Origin: Alphaproteobacteria bacterium
GTDB lineage: Bacteria; Pseudomonadota; Alphaproteobacteria; UBA9655
Assembly (NCBI GenBank): GCA_019750035.1
Contig: JAIEOZ010000074.1
Coordinates: 37,543 to 101,542 of the forward strand
Reading direction: 5' to 3'
DNA length: 64,000 nucleotides
Made by a program: the position numbers and the translations under genes. The notes beneath the pieces are model-generated. The model was given only the letters and a program-made list of their open reading frames with translations, was not told the origin of the DNA and made no database searches. Positions 19,501 to 26,214 of the stretch are shown here, in pieces (position 1 is the first letter of the stretch; each line of letters begins with the position of its first letter).

Positions 19501-20435
19501 TCACCATTAGGTAATTTAACTAAATTTGGCACATTAAGGTGAATGTGTGAAAAAGGTAAATTTTGACGTGAGTCATTATGATAAAACATGTAATAACCTG
19601 TTTTACCTTCATTACCTGCATGGTCTTTAAGATACTGTTTGAATAAATTTTCATAAGCTTCTTTTGCACTTTGCATCATAATTTCTTCTGCAACTTTTCT
19701 TTGTTCATCAGACATTAAAGCAATTGCAAAACTAAATGTATGGTCTTGAGTAAGAACAAATTCAATAGCAGTTTTCTTTTTTTGCTCAACTACTTCTTTT
19801 ACATCTTCAGGCTTAAATTCTATTTTCTTACCTGTTTTACTTATGTAATATCCTTTGGCAACATCCTTTTTAGTTATATTGATATAAAAGTTTTTCTTAT
19901 CAGCGACACACTGAACACCATCTCTGGTTTTCAAATCAGCTTTTTTGAAATTTACTTGTTCACCACCGTTATTTAGATAGAAGCCATGTTTAATGTCTTC
20001 CTGGCTGACTTTGTGGAAAGTTGCTTCAGGATTTTGCACTGAATAGATTGTTCTAGTGACAGGCTTAACATCCTTTTTTGTTCTTGGGTCTTGTCCAAGT
20101 TCAATGTTTGAGATAGTGGTTAAGGACTCTATTGATAAAGCACCTTTTAATCCAAACTCTTCCATAAGTTCACCACCTGCATAAGTGTATTTTTCTAATG
20201 CAGATTGAGTGACAACCAAATCAGCAGCATCATATTTAATGTTTGGATTTGCTTCATTCATTAAATCAGCAGCATCATATTTAATGTTTGGATTTGCTTC
20301 ATTCATTAAATCAGCAGCATTGTATTTATGACTTGCTGATAAAGTATTGTCTTGAATTTCTGCAAGTTGGTCTAAAAGATATTTCTTATAATCAAATCCA
20401 ACATGGTTATCTTTATTTTGTATTCCTAATCCCAT
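16545..20435 (-). CDS. MOBF-type conjugative relaxase fused to a RecD-like SF1 helicase (TrwC/TraI/TraA family)
   Basis: 1296 aa. Relaxase His-triad region YHNDSRQNLPFSHIHLNVPN. Central LPD7-like segment DSYFVTYKDEYGNEHTLWSKAL. Helicase motifs GVPGAGKT, LFLDESSMV, ALGDHNQ and SINKSQG. Strong RBS AAGGAGG. Confidence 0.88.
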   Translation of the reverse strand: MGLGIQNKDNHVGFDYKKYLLDQLAEIQDNTLSASHKYNAADLMNEANPNIKYDAADLMNEANPNIKYDAADLVVTQSALEKYTYAGGELMEEFGLKGALSIESLTTISNIELGQDPRTKKDVKPVTRTIYSVQNPEATFHKVSQEDIKHGFYLNNGGEQVNFKKADLKTRDGVQCVADKKNFYINITKKDVAKGYYISKTGKKIEFKPEDVKEVVEQKKKTAIEFVLTQDHTFSFAIALMSDEQRKVAEEIMMQSAKEAYENLFKQYLKDHAGNEGKTGYYMFYHNDSRQNLPFSHIHLNVPNLVKLPNGEFRAIEIPEIKERDFHKKLDTMRKTRLVQLWSEAFGDEWAIEAYDKKNRSIKADSLGAEIKDWRIAFDDESLEKIRKSTKAKEMIDDHISQEKLSLFQKIEIKRQAITKEVEELNIEVKGLDAKIDTKKEILDSFKSQVQPNTKWGVLLSHGAGELPLKEGEVKIEGQKRDSYFVTYKDEYGNEHTLWSKALKEAVQSGKVQAGEKIELTHLGKVPVKVNLPVIDEKTGKKVWVEKEVLKNQWKCVKSNQNRDEVVAERKLIIEQKKEISSKIKDKQSEVFQLNKDYSIQVKDLESNKHKQYVWGMIKAPKETKAKAFKDLDIQATASEMNLKKKELSKVGIKFVPKKEQEIINTLTNNSPFFSESQLIIQLDQSLGLGAKAQDLAKAKLQEWKDKGLIVSTGANEKGQENFTTFELMEKEYENVQLMSKACNSTWKSRVHNRIDFEIQGILDNSPEGKKPEQEQLDFIRAIFDPKQATIAIGVPGAGKTFAVSKATDIGNAYGYRTFGIAIMGKVKGALNDETSVNHAYTLDKLLLDIEAGKTKLTPNDILFLDESSMVGTKHWNNLLKNLNGAKIVALGDHNQIASVAAGNTLKAFAKEETIQPNIKYLTEIRRQKNDEVGLKVAKATSLSSVYREGDEVVNAIKKEGSHISNEQKTGGLDIMEVEGRVEKFTTSVEKHEKLVEDYLNDMNKFKEKAMLTSLNGTIDRLNNIAQDKRLIRGEIAGDYVENNKERFYVGDRVILEENNNKEQYSNGDIGMVKAIVNGALVVSFDNGKEKIIEDLATTRLGYAMSINKSQGCSLNSIYGNMESSNINCQEIFNVFVTRNKLFCKLYGVESEYMKIKGEFMRENGKEDLIDMYKRYVSKEMNPEVDSLKRTVEVAEELNARCRGLEKNGAFLNSGIAAMLSDKIKKASNKIEIPEAIKKQVATQELPVHSIKKTKQVEKAVEITKPEVKKNVEVKLNPFEQNKKKKQIQKDDGLSM
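20220..20320 (-). repeat. perfect 45-bp tandem duplication (2.2 copies) in the relaxase 5' region
   Basis: 20220-20264 is identical to 20265-20309, and the next 11 nt repeat again. Encodes DAADLMNEANPNIKY twice. Confidence 0.9.
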
Positions 20436-20444
20436 AATTCCTCC

Positions 20445-20768
20445 TTATCTTTTAGTGATAGCTTTTGTAAATACAGCAGTAAGTTTTTCTACTGAGTCAG
20501 TTAAAGAATTCATTCTTTGTTCTTGTAATTTAACTGTCTTAAAAAGACTATCCACTAAATTTCTATCAGATTTTCTTTGTTCATTCATTGCATGAATAAC
20601 ACCTTGAAGTTCTTTTATTTTTTCAAGTTCTTTTTCTGAAATCTTTAATTTACCATCAAGATTAGCTTGTTCTAATTCACCATGATATTGATTAAACGTT
20701 TTTCCTGATACTTTTGATTTTAAAAAGTATTCATTATTAACTTTTACTGTTTTCATTTCATTTGCCAT
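20445..20768 (-). CDS. putative relaxosome accessory protein (by position only)
   Basis: 107-aa coiled-coil protein lying between the candidate oriT and the relaxase gene. Confidence 0.4.
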   Translation of the reverse strand: MANEMKTVKVNNEYFLKSKVSGKTFNQYHGELEQANLDGKLKISEKELEKIKELQGVIHAMNEQRKSDRNLVDSLFKTVKLQEQRMNSLTDSVEKLTAVFTKAITKR

Positions 20769-20793
20769 TTTCTTTCCTTATTCTTCTTGTTTA

Positions 20794-20821
20794 CTTATAA
20801 CAAAATAAAATGAAATAGCAA
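20794..20821 (-). promoter_or_regulatory. promoter of the accessory-relaxase operon
   Basis: TTGCTA-N16-TATAAG, 25 nt before the ATG at 20768. Confidence 0.55.
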
Positions 20822-21028
20822 GAGTAACCTTGCTGAACCCTTAATAAACACGAGATAAGGTATTACCAGAACACGCAGTGTTCGATTAGTTCTTTATCTT
20901 ATTTTTCTAAGTAAAACAGTGAAAAAATAAACAAACAATCCAAAAAGTACACAAACAATCCTAATTAATCATTTTCAATCCAAATAAATCCTTAAACTTA
21001 CATTATTAAGTCTAAATAATCACAAATA
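20822..21028. other. candidate oriT
   Basis: Intergenic region upstream of the accessory-relaxase operon. Inverted repeat GAACAC-gca-GTGTTC at 20869-20883, flanked by GATAAGG/CTTTATC. ACAAACAATCC occurs twice, and further ATCC repeats are spaced at multiples of 10 bp (20931-21001). Confidence 0.45.
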
Positions 21029-21056
21029 TTGACTTTATCTGTTAATTTCGTAATAT
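21029..21056 (+). promoter_or_regulatory. sigma-70-type promoter
   Basis: TTGACT-N16 (ending TTTCG)-TAATAT. Confidence 0.55.
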
Positions 21057-21084
21057 AACAAATATGACTTTAAAGGAAATTAAA

Positions 21085-21363
21085 ATGAATGAAATTGAAT
21101 TACTGACTGAACAAAAGTTAAATGAATTATCTGAACTCATGGTTAAAAATAAGGCTTCTTCTAAATTAATGGATTCAATAAGAAGTAATATTAAAGTGTG
21201 GGATAAAAAACTGTATCCGTTGTGCAGGACTTTGGATTTGAACTTTATTGATGTTGTTGCTGAAATTTTGGGTCGTGGTGGTTTTGAAGTAGATAAATTA
21301 AAGTTGGCTACTTATTTGAGTCGTGCAAGAAAATCTAAAGGTGGAAGAAATGAACAAGAATGA
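21085..21363 (+). CDS. hypothetical protein, paralogue of the N-terminus of the next gene
   Basis: The track ORF starts at 21064. The promoter -10 at 21051-21056 favours the ATG at 21085, which has AAGGAAA upstream. Confidence 0.5.
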   Translation: MNEIELLTEQKLNELSELMVKNKASSKLMDSIRSNIKVWDKKLYPLCRTLDLNFIDVVAEILGRGGFEVDKLKLATYLSRARKSKGGRNEQE

Positions 21364-22117
21364 TTTGATTATTGGTTTATCAAATGAGTTCTTGATTGAA
21401 CTTGGTAAAACTAAACCTTCAAATCTTCAAAATGCTGTTAATAAACACTATGACTTGTGGAATAAGGATGGTGGATTGATTCAAATGCTGACTGAAAGAG
21501 ATTTGGGTGTGTACAAGGTGTTGGCTTCAATCCTTGTGTCTGGTGGGTATGAACATGCAAATGAAATGAATGTGGGTCGTTGTGTTCGCAGGTTACTTAA
21601 TACCCGTAATGACGACATATCTAGTTATGTAGATACACAAACAAAGGGTAATCCCTCCCTTGTTAAACCTGGTGGCGTTGTTCCAGGTTCAGCCGTTACT
21701 CTTATGACTGACAAGGTGGTTAAATCCCCTGTAGTGCAAGAGAAAAATGAAGGTGTAGGTTTGGTGGTGTACTCCCCTAGAAGTAGCACAGAGAACCATA
21801 CGAGCAGTGGTAGTGTTAGTGTTAGTTGGTGGGATGAAGTGGCTCAATCACTAGGTATAGAAATTAAAAAAGTTCCTGAAGGTTTCAATTGGAATAATGT
21901 TGATGCAAATCTCACATATCAGCGAGATAGAGAATATTCAAAAACTTATAATGAAAATGAATTGTTATTGTTTGGTCATGTTCTTTTCAATGCTAGAAAA
22001 GAAAAAATACCAATGTCCAATGTTTTTAAAGCAACAACTTTTATTATAAAAAGTCAAGGTGATATTGCTTATGAGTTAATGACTAAAGCAATGATGATTG
22101 AAACAATAACTGTCTAA
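21350..22117 (+). CDS. hypothetical protein
   Basis: Start moved to MNKNDLIIG, which is preceded by GGTGGA. The N-terminal ~75 aa align by eye with the preceding ORF. Confidence 0.55.
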   Translation: MNKNDLIIGLSNEFLIELGKTKPSNLQNAVNKHYDLWNKDGGLIQMLTERDLGVYKVLASILVSGGYEHANEMNVGRCVRRLLNTRNDDISSYVDTQTKGNPSLVKPGGVVPGSAVTLMTDKVVKSPVVQEKNEGVGLVVYSPRSSTENHTSSGSVSVSWWDEVAQSLGIEIKKVPEGFNWNNVDANLTYQRDREYSKTYNENELLLFGHVLFNARKEKIPMSNVFKATTFIIKSQGDIAYELMTKAMMIETITV

Positions 22118-22124
22118 TGAAAAA

Positions 22125-22138
22125 GCCCCTTTCGGGGC
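22125..22138. terminator. bidirectional intrinsic terminator
   Basis: GCCCC-tttc-GGGGC between convergent genes. Confidence 0.75.
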
Positions 22139-22145
22139 TTCTTCT

Positions 22146-22982
22146 TTACTCTGCACTAATTTGATTATCTACATATAGCTCAACAAGGTTTGCTGCATCA
22201 GCTTTATGCTTGTTAAGTAATCTTCTTATATTAGTTGCTCTGTCTTCCATAGAAGAAATTGCATCACCAAAGTTTGTTACTTCCAACATGTTCTTCATGT
22301 GGTTTTGGTCATCAAAAGAACCTTTTAAAACAACTTCCTTGAAATCAAATCTTTTATCTTTGTTCATTAGATTAATGAATTTATCTTGACCATATAAACC
22401 CATTGTTTTATCTAAAAGGGCTTCATCATTTTTCATGAAACCTTCATTAATAATGGAAACAACTCTGATTGGGTGTACTACTTCGTCTGCATCAACACCT
22501 TTAACCCAAGAATAAGCAACAGTGAATGTTCTTAAGCATTTGTCATTAGATACAGGAATTGATAGAACAAGGTCTGCTGTACTCAATTCATCAGAAAATG
22601 AAAGAAAGAAATCTTGAATGTCTTTTAATCCTGATACAGCTTCTTCAAATTTGTTTGCTCCAAGGTCAAAAACAACATAGTCAGCAGGAATATCAGAAGC
22701 ATTAATGATTAAAGTAGCTTCTTTAGCTAAGTTTAATTTTTTGCAACCAATGAATTCATTGTCATCAACAATATTTCCTTTTGAGTCTTTTGTTTGATAC
22801 TTTTTATAGTTGCTGTATTTGTTCTCAGGGTCTGCATCATAAAATGCAACCTTGTAACCACTAGCTCTTGCTTGAGATACGAATTTATCAGCGGAAGTTG
22901 ATTTGAGTACACCCCCTTCTATGCTGACAAAAAGCACTACCTTTTTTCTGTTTAATGTTTCATGTAATTTATATTTACTCAT
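22146..22982 (-). CDS. ParA/MinD-fold partition-like ATPase with a degenerate Walker A (StbB-like position)
   Basis: KKVVLFVSIEGGVLKSTSA..VAFYDADPEN. Start moved to 22982 (MSKYKL), with RBS AAGGAG. Follows an RHH gene after a 1-nt gap. Confidence 0.6.
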   Translation of the reverse strand: MSKYKLHETLNRKKVVLFVSIEGGVLKSTSADKFVSQARASGYKVAFYDADPENKYSNYKKYQTKDSKGNIVDDNEFIGCKKLNLAKEATLIINASDIPADYVVFDLGANKFEEAVSGLKDIQDFFLSFSDELSTADLVLSIPVSNDKCLRTFTVAYSWVKGVDADEVVHPIRVVSIINEGFMKNDEALLDKTMGLYGQDKFINLMNKDKRFDFKEVVLKGSFDDQNHMKNMLEVTNFGDAISSMEDRATNIRRLLNKHKADAANLVELYVDNQISAE

Positions 22983-22983
22983 T

Positions 22984-23160
22984 TTATTTTTCTCCTTTAG
23001 TTGTAGTAAATTTCTCGTGTTCATTTTTAACTGCTAATCTAATAGCTGCTGATTCACTCATATTGTATTCTTTAGAAAGTTTTGCAATCTGTTGATTGAA
23101 TACTTTATCTGAACGAATTAGCTTAACCTTTCTATTTTCTTTTTCTTCATCTTCATCCAT
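22984..23160 (-). CDS. ribbon-helix-helix (ParG/CopG-like) DNA-binding protein
   Basis: Own translation, 58 aa (too short for the track): MDEDEEKENRKVKLIRSDKVFNQQIAKLSKEYNMSESAAIRLAVKNEHEKFTTTKGEK. Beta-strand followed by a two-helix pattern. Confidence 0.55.
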   Translation of the reverse strand: MDEDEEKENRKVKLIRSDKVFNQQIAKLSKEYNMSESAAIRLAVKNEHEKFTTTKGEK

Positions 23161-23178
23161 ATTATTTTCTCCTTTACT

Positions 23179-23212
23179 TTATATATATACAAAAATTTAA
23201 AGAAGAAAGCAA
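23179..23212 (-). promoter_or_regulatory. 22-bp-box promoter, copy 3 (drives the RHH-ParA-like operon)
   Basis: Minus strand reads TTGCTT-N17-TATATA. Exact 22-mer at 23179-23200. Confidence 0.6.
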
Positions 23213-23232
23213 TATGTAACAAGTTATATATA

Positions 23233-23589
23233 TTAAGAATTAGCTCTTTTTGCTCCAAGAACATTGAAATAAAATGTTCTTTCTTTAAATACATAACCAA
23301 TCAAGCTATCAATATCAGCTTTTGTCATGTATTCAAAATCTTCTTCCATTTTCAAGATTTCATTTTTTGAATAACCATCTTCTTGCAAGTAGATTACATA
23401 TTCAAGCACTTCCATTCTTTCAATTCTTCCAATCATTGCTTCAAATTTTTCATTGATTGTTGGAGATAGAGATTTTGGTGTGTTCTCAATAATTTCTTTC
23501 TTTACAAGCTGAATGTTTTTTAAGCCTTCTAAAACTTCAGGTGCAAATTCTACTGTTTCTAAATATTGGTCTAAATTTAATGTGTTCAT
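23233..23589 (-). CDS. hypothetical protein
   Basis: 118-aa acidic ORF. Confidence 0.55.
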   Translation of the reverse strand: MNTLNLDQYLETVEFAPEVLEGLKNIQLVKKEIIENTPKSLSPTINEKFEAMIGRIERMEVLEYVIYLQEDGYSKNEILKMEEDFEYMTKADIDSLIGYVFKERTFYFNVLGAKRANS

Positions 23590-23632
23590 GGTTTTCTTCC
23601 TATTTATTATTATTGTTGGATTAATTGATTGA

Positions 23633-23755
23633 TTATTTGTTGGTTAATTTTGTGTAAGTAGAATGGACAACATCAAGAAAAGCCCATATTGTGTTTTCTA
23701 TTCTGTCTAATCCTAAAACTGTTAAACCTATTATTGCTAAAATTAAGAATATCAT
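23633..23755 (-). CDS. 40-aa hydrophobic peptide (possible small membrane toxin-like peptide)
   Basis: Own translation: MIFLILAIIGLTVLGLDRIENTIWAFLDVVHSTYTKLTNK. Strong RBS TAGGAG. Cassette promoter directly upstream. Confidence 0.45.
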   Translation of the reverse strand: MIFLILAIIGLTVLGLDRIENTIWAFLDVVHSTYTKLTNK

Positions 23756-23790
23756 TTTTTATCTCCTAGTTAATTTATGTATATACTTTT

Positions 23791-23824
23791 ATTATTGCAG
23801 GAATAATGCAAAACACAATAGCAA
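23791..23824 (-). promoter_or_regulatory. cassette promoter box
   Basis: Minus strand reads TTGCTATTGTGTTTTGCATTATT.., with -35 TTGTGT, N16, -10 AATAAT. TCGATATC at 23854-23861. Confidence 0.6.
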
Positions 23825-23981
23825 AACTAATTTAATTTCATTTATTTATAAAGTCGATATCATTGGTTAATTAAAATAATTTGTATTTGTATTTTTGTGA
23901 AAATATTTTCACTTGTTTTTTAATATCATTCAATTGCAAGACAAAAAAAAGACTTCGCTAGGAAGTCTCTTGTGTTGTTTC

Positions 23982-24209
23982 TTATTTATCTTGGATATAT
24001 GCAAATCTGAGATATTCTTTAAGTTCTTCAAGGTCATTATTTGTAATTTTGTTGTATTCGTCTGTATATAAATTTCTGAATTCTTCAGGCATGTCAGACT
24101 TTATGAAAGGTAAGTAATAACCATCAATTACTGCTTTAGGATTCCTCCATTCTTCAATATCATCTCTATTGATGCTTGGATAAACAATTTCTTCTAATAT
24201 TTTATTCAT
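23982..24209 (-). CDS. hypothetical protein
   Basis: 75-aa acidic ORF. Confidence 0.5.
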   Translation of the reverse strand: MNKILEEIVYPSINRDDIEEWRNPKAVIDGYYLPFIKSDMPEEFRNLYTDEYNKITNNDLEELKEYLRFAYIQDK

Positions 24210-24226
24210 AAATTTTTTCCTTTGTT

Positions 24227-24496
24227 TTACATTGTGTTTGGATTTATCGCATCTTCTTTTGAAGACTCAATAAATTTACGTTTTCCAGGTGTGGTGTCTT
24301 CTTGGTACATCTCAATAGCAATTTGTATGCAGTCTAATTTTTCCAAACCTACTTGTCTGAACAAGTGATAAATTTTTGTGAACTGCTCTAAAAGATTTTT
24401 CTGAAGAACCTCTTCAATGACTTCATTTTTATTTTGTGGTGATTGAAGTATTTTTTTAAGTTCTTTTGTAGATTTATTTAATGTATGTTTTCTCAT
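24227..24496 (-). CDS. hypothetical protein
   Basis: 89-aa ORF preceded by a GGAG-type RBS. Confidence 0.5.
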   Translation of the reverse strand: MRKHTLNKSTKELKKILQSPQNKNEVIEEVLQKNLLEQFTKIYHLFRQVGLEKLDCIQIAIEMYQEDTTPGKRKFIESSKEDAINPNTM

Positions 24497-24516
24497 ATTT
24501 TTCTCCTTGGTTATTT

Positions 24517-24834
24517 TTATATTTTATTTTTATTATTTTCTTTGATGCCTTTTGGTGGCAACTTCATATCTAGTTTGGCTGTAAAAATTGCCTTGTAAAT
24601 CAATTTGTAGTGTTCGTAGTCTTCTGTCAGCTTCAACCTGGTTGGCACTCCCCTAGCAATAGCTTCAAGAACAGAATCAAGGTTGAACATTTTTAGTTCT
24701 ACTTTAAAGTTTTCACAATGCAATCTTGTGGTGTGATAAAAGTCAGGTTCAGGGAAGTTCTTATTAATATGCTTCTGAGTGAAGATATTTTTCAAGGTGC
24801 TTAAAGTGACATATTTTTCTTTTTTCATGGTCAT
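24517..24834 (-). CDS. hypothetical protein
   Basis: 105-aa ORF. Confidence 0.5.
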   Translation of the reverse strand: MTMKKEKYVTLSTLKNIFTQKHINKNFPEPDFYHTTRLHCENFKVELKMFNLDSVLEAIARGVPTRLKLTEDYEHYKLIYKAIFTAKLDMKLPPKGIKENNKNKI

Positions 24835-24852
24835 TCCTTATTTTTCTTATTA

Positions 24853-25182
24853 TTAAAATGAGTTATAGATTATGGTTTTCTTGACTTCTAAGCCGTGTAA
24901 TTTTTCATAATAAGCACGAATTTCTTTTAATTCAGGATTGAAGATAGCAAAGCTAGTTCTACGGTGTGCATCAAGGATATTGTCTTTTCTTGTTACTTCT
25001 TCAAGATACTTTTTGACTAATTTTTTATCATTCAACTCTTCTGCACTCCATAGTGCTTCTAATGATTCTTTGAAACTGGCATAGTGTTTAGTCTGTGTTT
25101 CGTTAATTGTTGGGTCAAGGTGCAATGTGACTGTAAGGCTATCGTTTTCTATTTCAACTGAGCTACTTGTAATTATTTTCAT
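24853..25182 (-). CDS. hypothetical protein
   Basis: Start moved to MKIITSS (25182), preceded by AAAGGAG. Confidence 0.5.
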   Translation of the reverse strand: MKIITSSSVEIENDSLTVTLHLDPTINETQTKHYASFKESLEALWSAEELNDKKLVKKYLEEVTRKDNILDAHRRTSFAIFNPELKEIRAYYEKLHGLEVKKTIIYNSF

Positions 25183-25231
25183 GGAATCTCCTTTATTATT
25201 ATTTTTCATGAAAAGGGGTTTCGCCCTTTTG

Positions 25232-25465
25232 TTAATTTAATCCGTTTGTTTTTGCTTCTTCTAGGATTGCAGAGTATTTATCAACTGTGCCATCTGCTCT
25301 TTGCCATACTGACACTGTGTACCAATATCCATCCTCACAAGCTGAAGTTTCTCTAAAGTTTTTTCTACCTTCTGCATTGATTACAACATCAATGATTTCA
25401 AAACCTGCATATCCTGAATTTCCAAAAGTTTTATTTATTTTTATTTTTACTGATTGAGTTTTCAT
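25232..25465 (-). CDS. hypothetical protein
   Basis: 77 aa. Single-gene cassette with promoter at 25493-25526. Confidence 0.55.
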   Translation of the reverse strand: MKTQSVKIKINKTFGNSGYAGFEIIDVVINAEGRKNFRETSACEDGYWYTVSVWQRADGTVDKYSAILEEAKTNGLN

Positions 25466-25492
25466 TTCTTATTTTCCTTTAGTTATATAATA

Positions 25493-25526
25493 ATTTTAGT
25501 AAAAATAATGCAAAACACAATAGCAA
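25493..25526 (-). promoter_or_regulatory. cassette promoter box
   Basis: TTGCTATTGTGTTTTGCATTATTTTT. -35 TTGTGT, N16, -10 TAAAAT. TCGATATC at 25536-25543. Confidence 0.65.
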
Positions 25527-25561
25527 GATTAAAAGTCGATATCTTTATGTAGAAATAAAAA

Positions 25562-25581
25562 AAGGACTCATTTGAGTCCTT
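25562..25581 (-). terminator. GGACTC-family cassette terminator
   Basis: AAGGACTC-attt-GAGTCCTT followed by a T run on the minus strand. Confidence 0.7.
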
Positions 25582-25599
25582 AGTTTTTTATTCTTCATG

Positions 25600-26022
25600 T
25601 TATTTATTTTCTATTTCAACCAAGTGTAAAAAATAATTTATTCCACTAATGAATGCTTGGGTTGTCTCGTCAATTTCTTCAAAAGAAAATCTTGTTGTAT
25701 AGCAGTCTTCCAAACCATCAGCCACATCAATTTCAATGCTTCCTGAGTCCTTAAGAAACTTAAAAAGCAATATTTGGGTGTAAGTTTGTTCGTTATTAAT
25801 TTCAGCACTTAATATGACTTTAATAGCTTTAAAACGACCTTCTTTGTCATGAGTAGCTGAATATATTTCCCAATCCAAATCTACATTTTCAAAAATGTCT
25901 TTGTTTAAGAAATTTTCAATATTATTTAATGCAAGATTGAATTTTCCATCTTGAGCTAATGAAATCATTTTATTTATTGCAACTTCACATTCTGCAAAAC
26001 CTATATAATTCTTATTATCCAT
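25600..26022 (-). CDS. hypothetical acidic protein
   Basis: 140 aa. Cassette with promoter at 26050-26083 and terminator at 25562-25581. Confidence 0.55.
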   Translation of the reverse strand: MDNKNYIGFAECEVAINKMISLAQDGKFNLALNNIENFLNKDIFENVDLDWEIYSATHDKEGRFKAIKVILSAEINNEQTYTQILLFKFLKDSGSIEIDVADGLEDCYTTRFSFEEIDETTQAFISGINYFLHLVEIENK

Positions 26023-26049
26023 TTTATTTTCCTTTATAGTTATTGATTA

Positions 26050-26083
26050 ATTTTAAGAAAAATAAAGCAAAACACAATAGAAA
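26050..26083 (-). promoter_or_regulatory. cassette promoter box
   Basis: Variant TTTCTATTGTGTTTTGCTTTATT. -10 TAAAAT. TCGATATC at 26092-26099. Confidence 0.6.
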
Positions 26084-26130
26084 ACTAAAAGTCGATATCT
26101 TCTTCTTTGGATAAATTGCGATAGCAAAAA

Positions 26131-26149
26131 AAACAAGCTCGTCTTGTTT
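26131..26149 (-). terminator. intrinsic terminator
   Basis: AAACAAG-N5-CTTGTTT followed by T8 on the minus strand. A GC-rich hairpin GCCCCTTGAGGGGC lies just upstream. Confidence 0.65.
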
Positions 26150-26214
26150 CTTAATACATGAGCCCCTTGAGGGGCGGCGCAAGCCAGGGTGAATGCAGGA
26201 ATAAAAGCAATTTC

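Noticed and set aside
23897-23912. GTGAAAATATTTTCAC as a CRP or Fur site.
   Set aside because: The TGTGA..TCAC half-sites are 8 bp apart rather than 6, and there is no resemblance to the GATAATGATAATCATTATC Fur box. I kept it only as an unassigned palindrome.
26150-26214. GC-rich hairpin GCCCCTTGAGGGGC and flanking GCGCAAGCCAGGG as a separate small RNA.
   Set aside because: It lies in the 3' UTR of 26215-27180, directly before its terminator, with no promoter of its own. It is most simply part of that terminator region.
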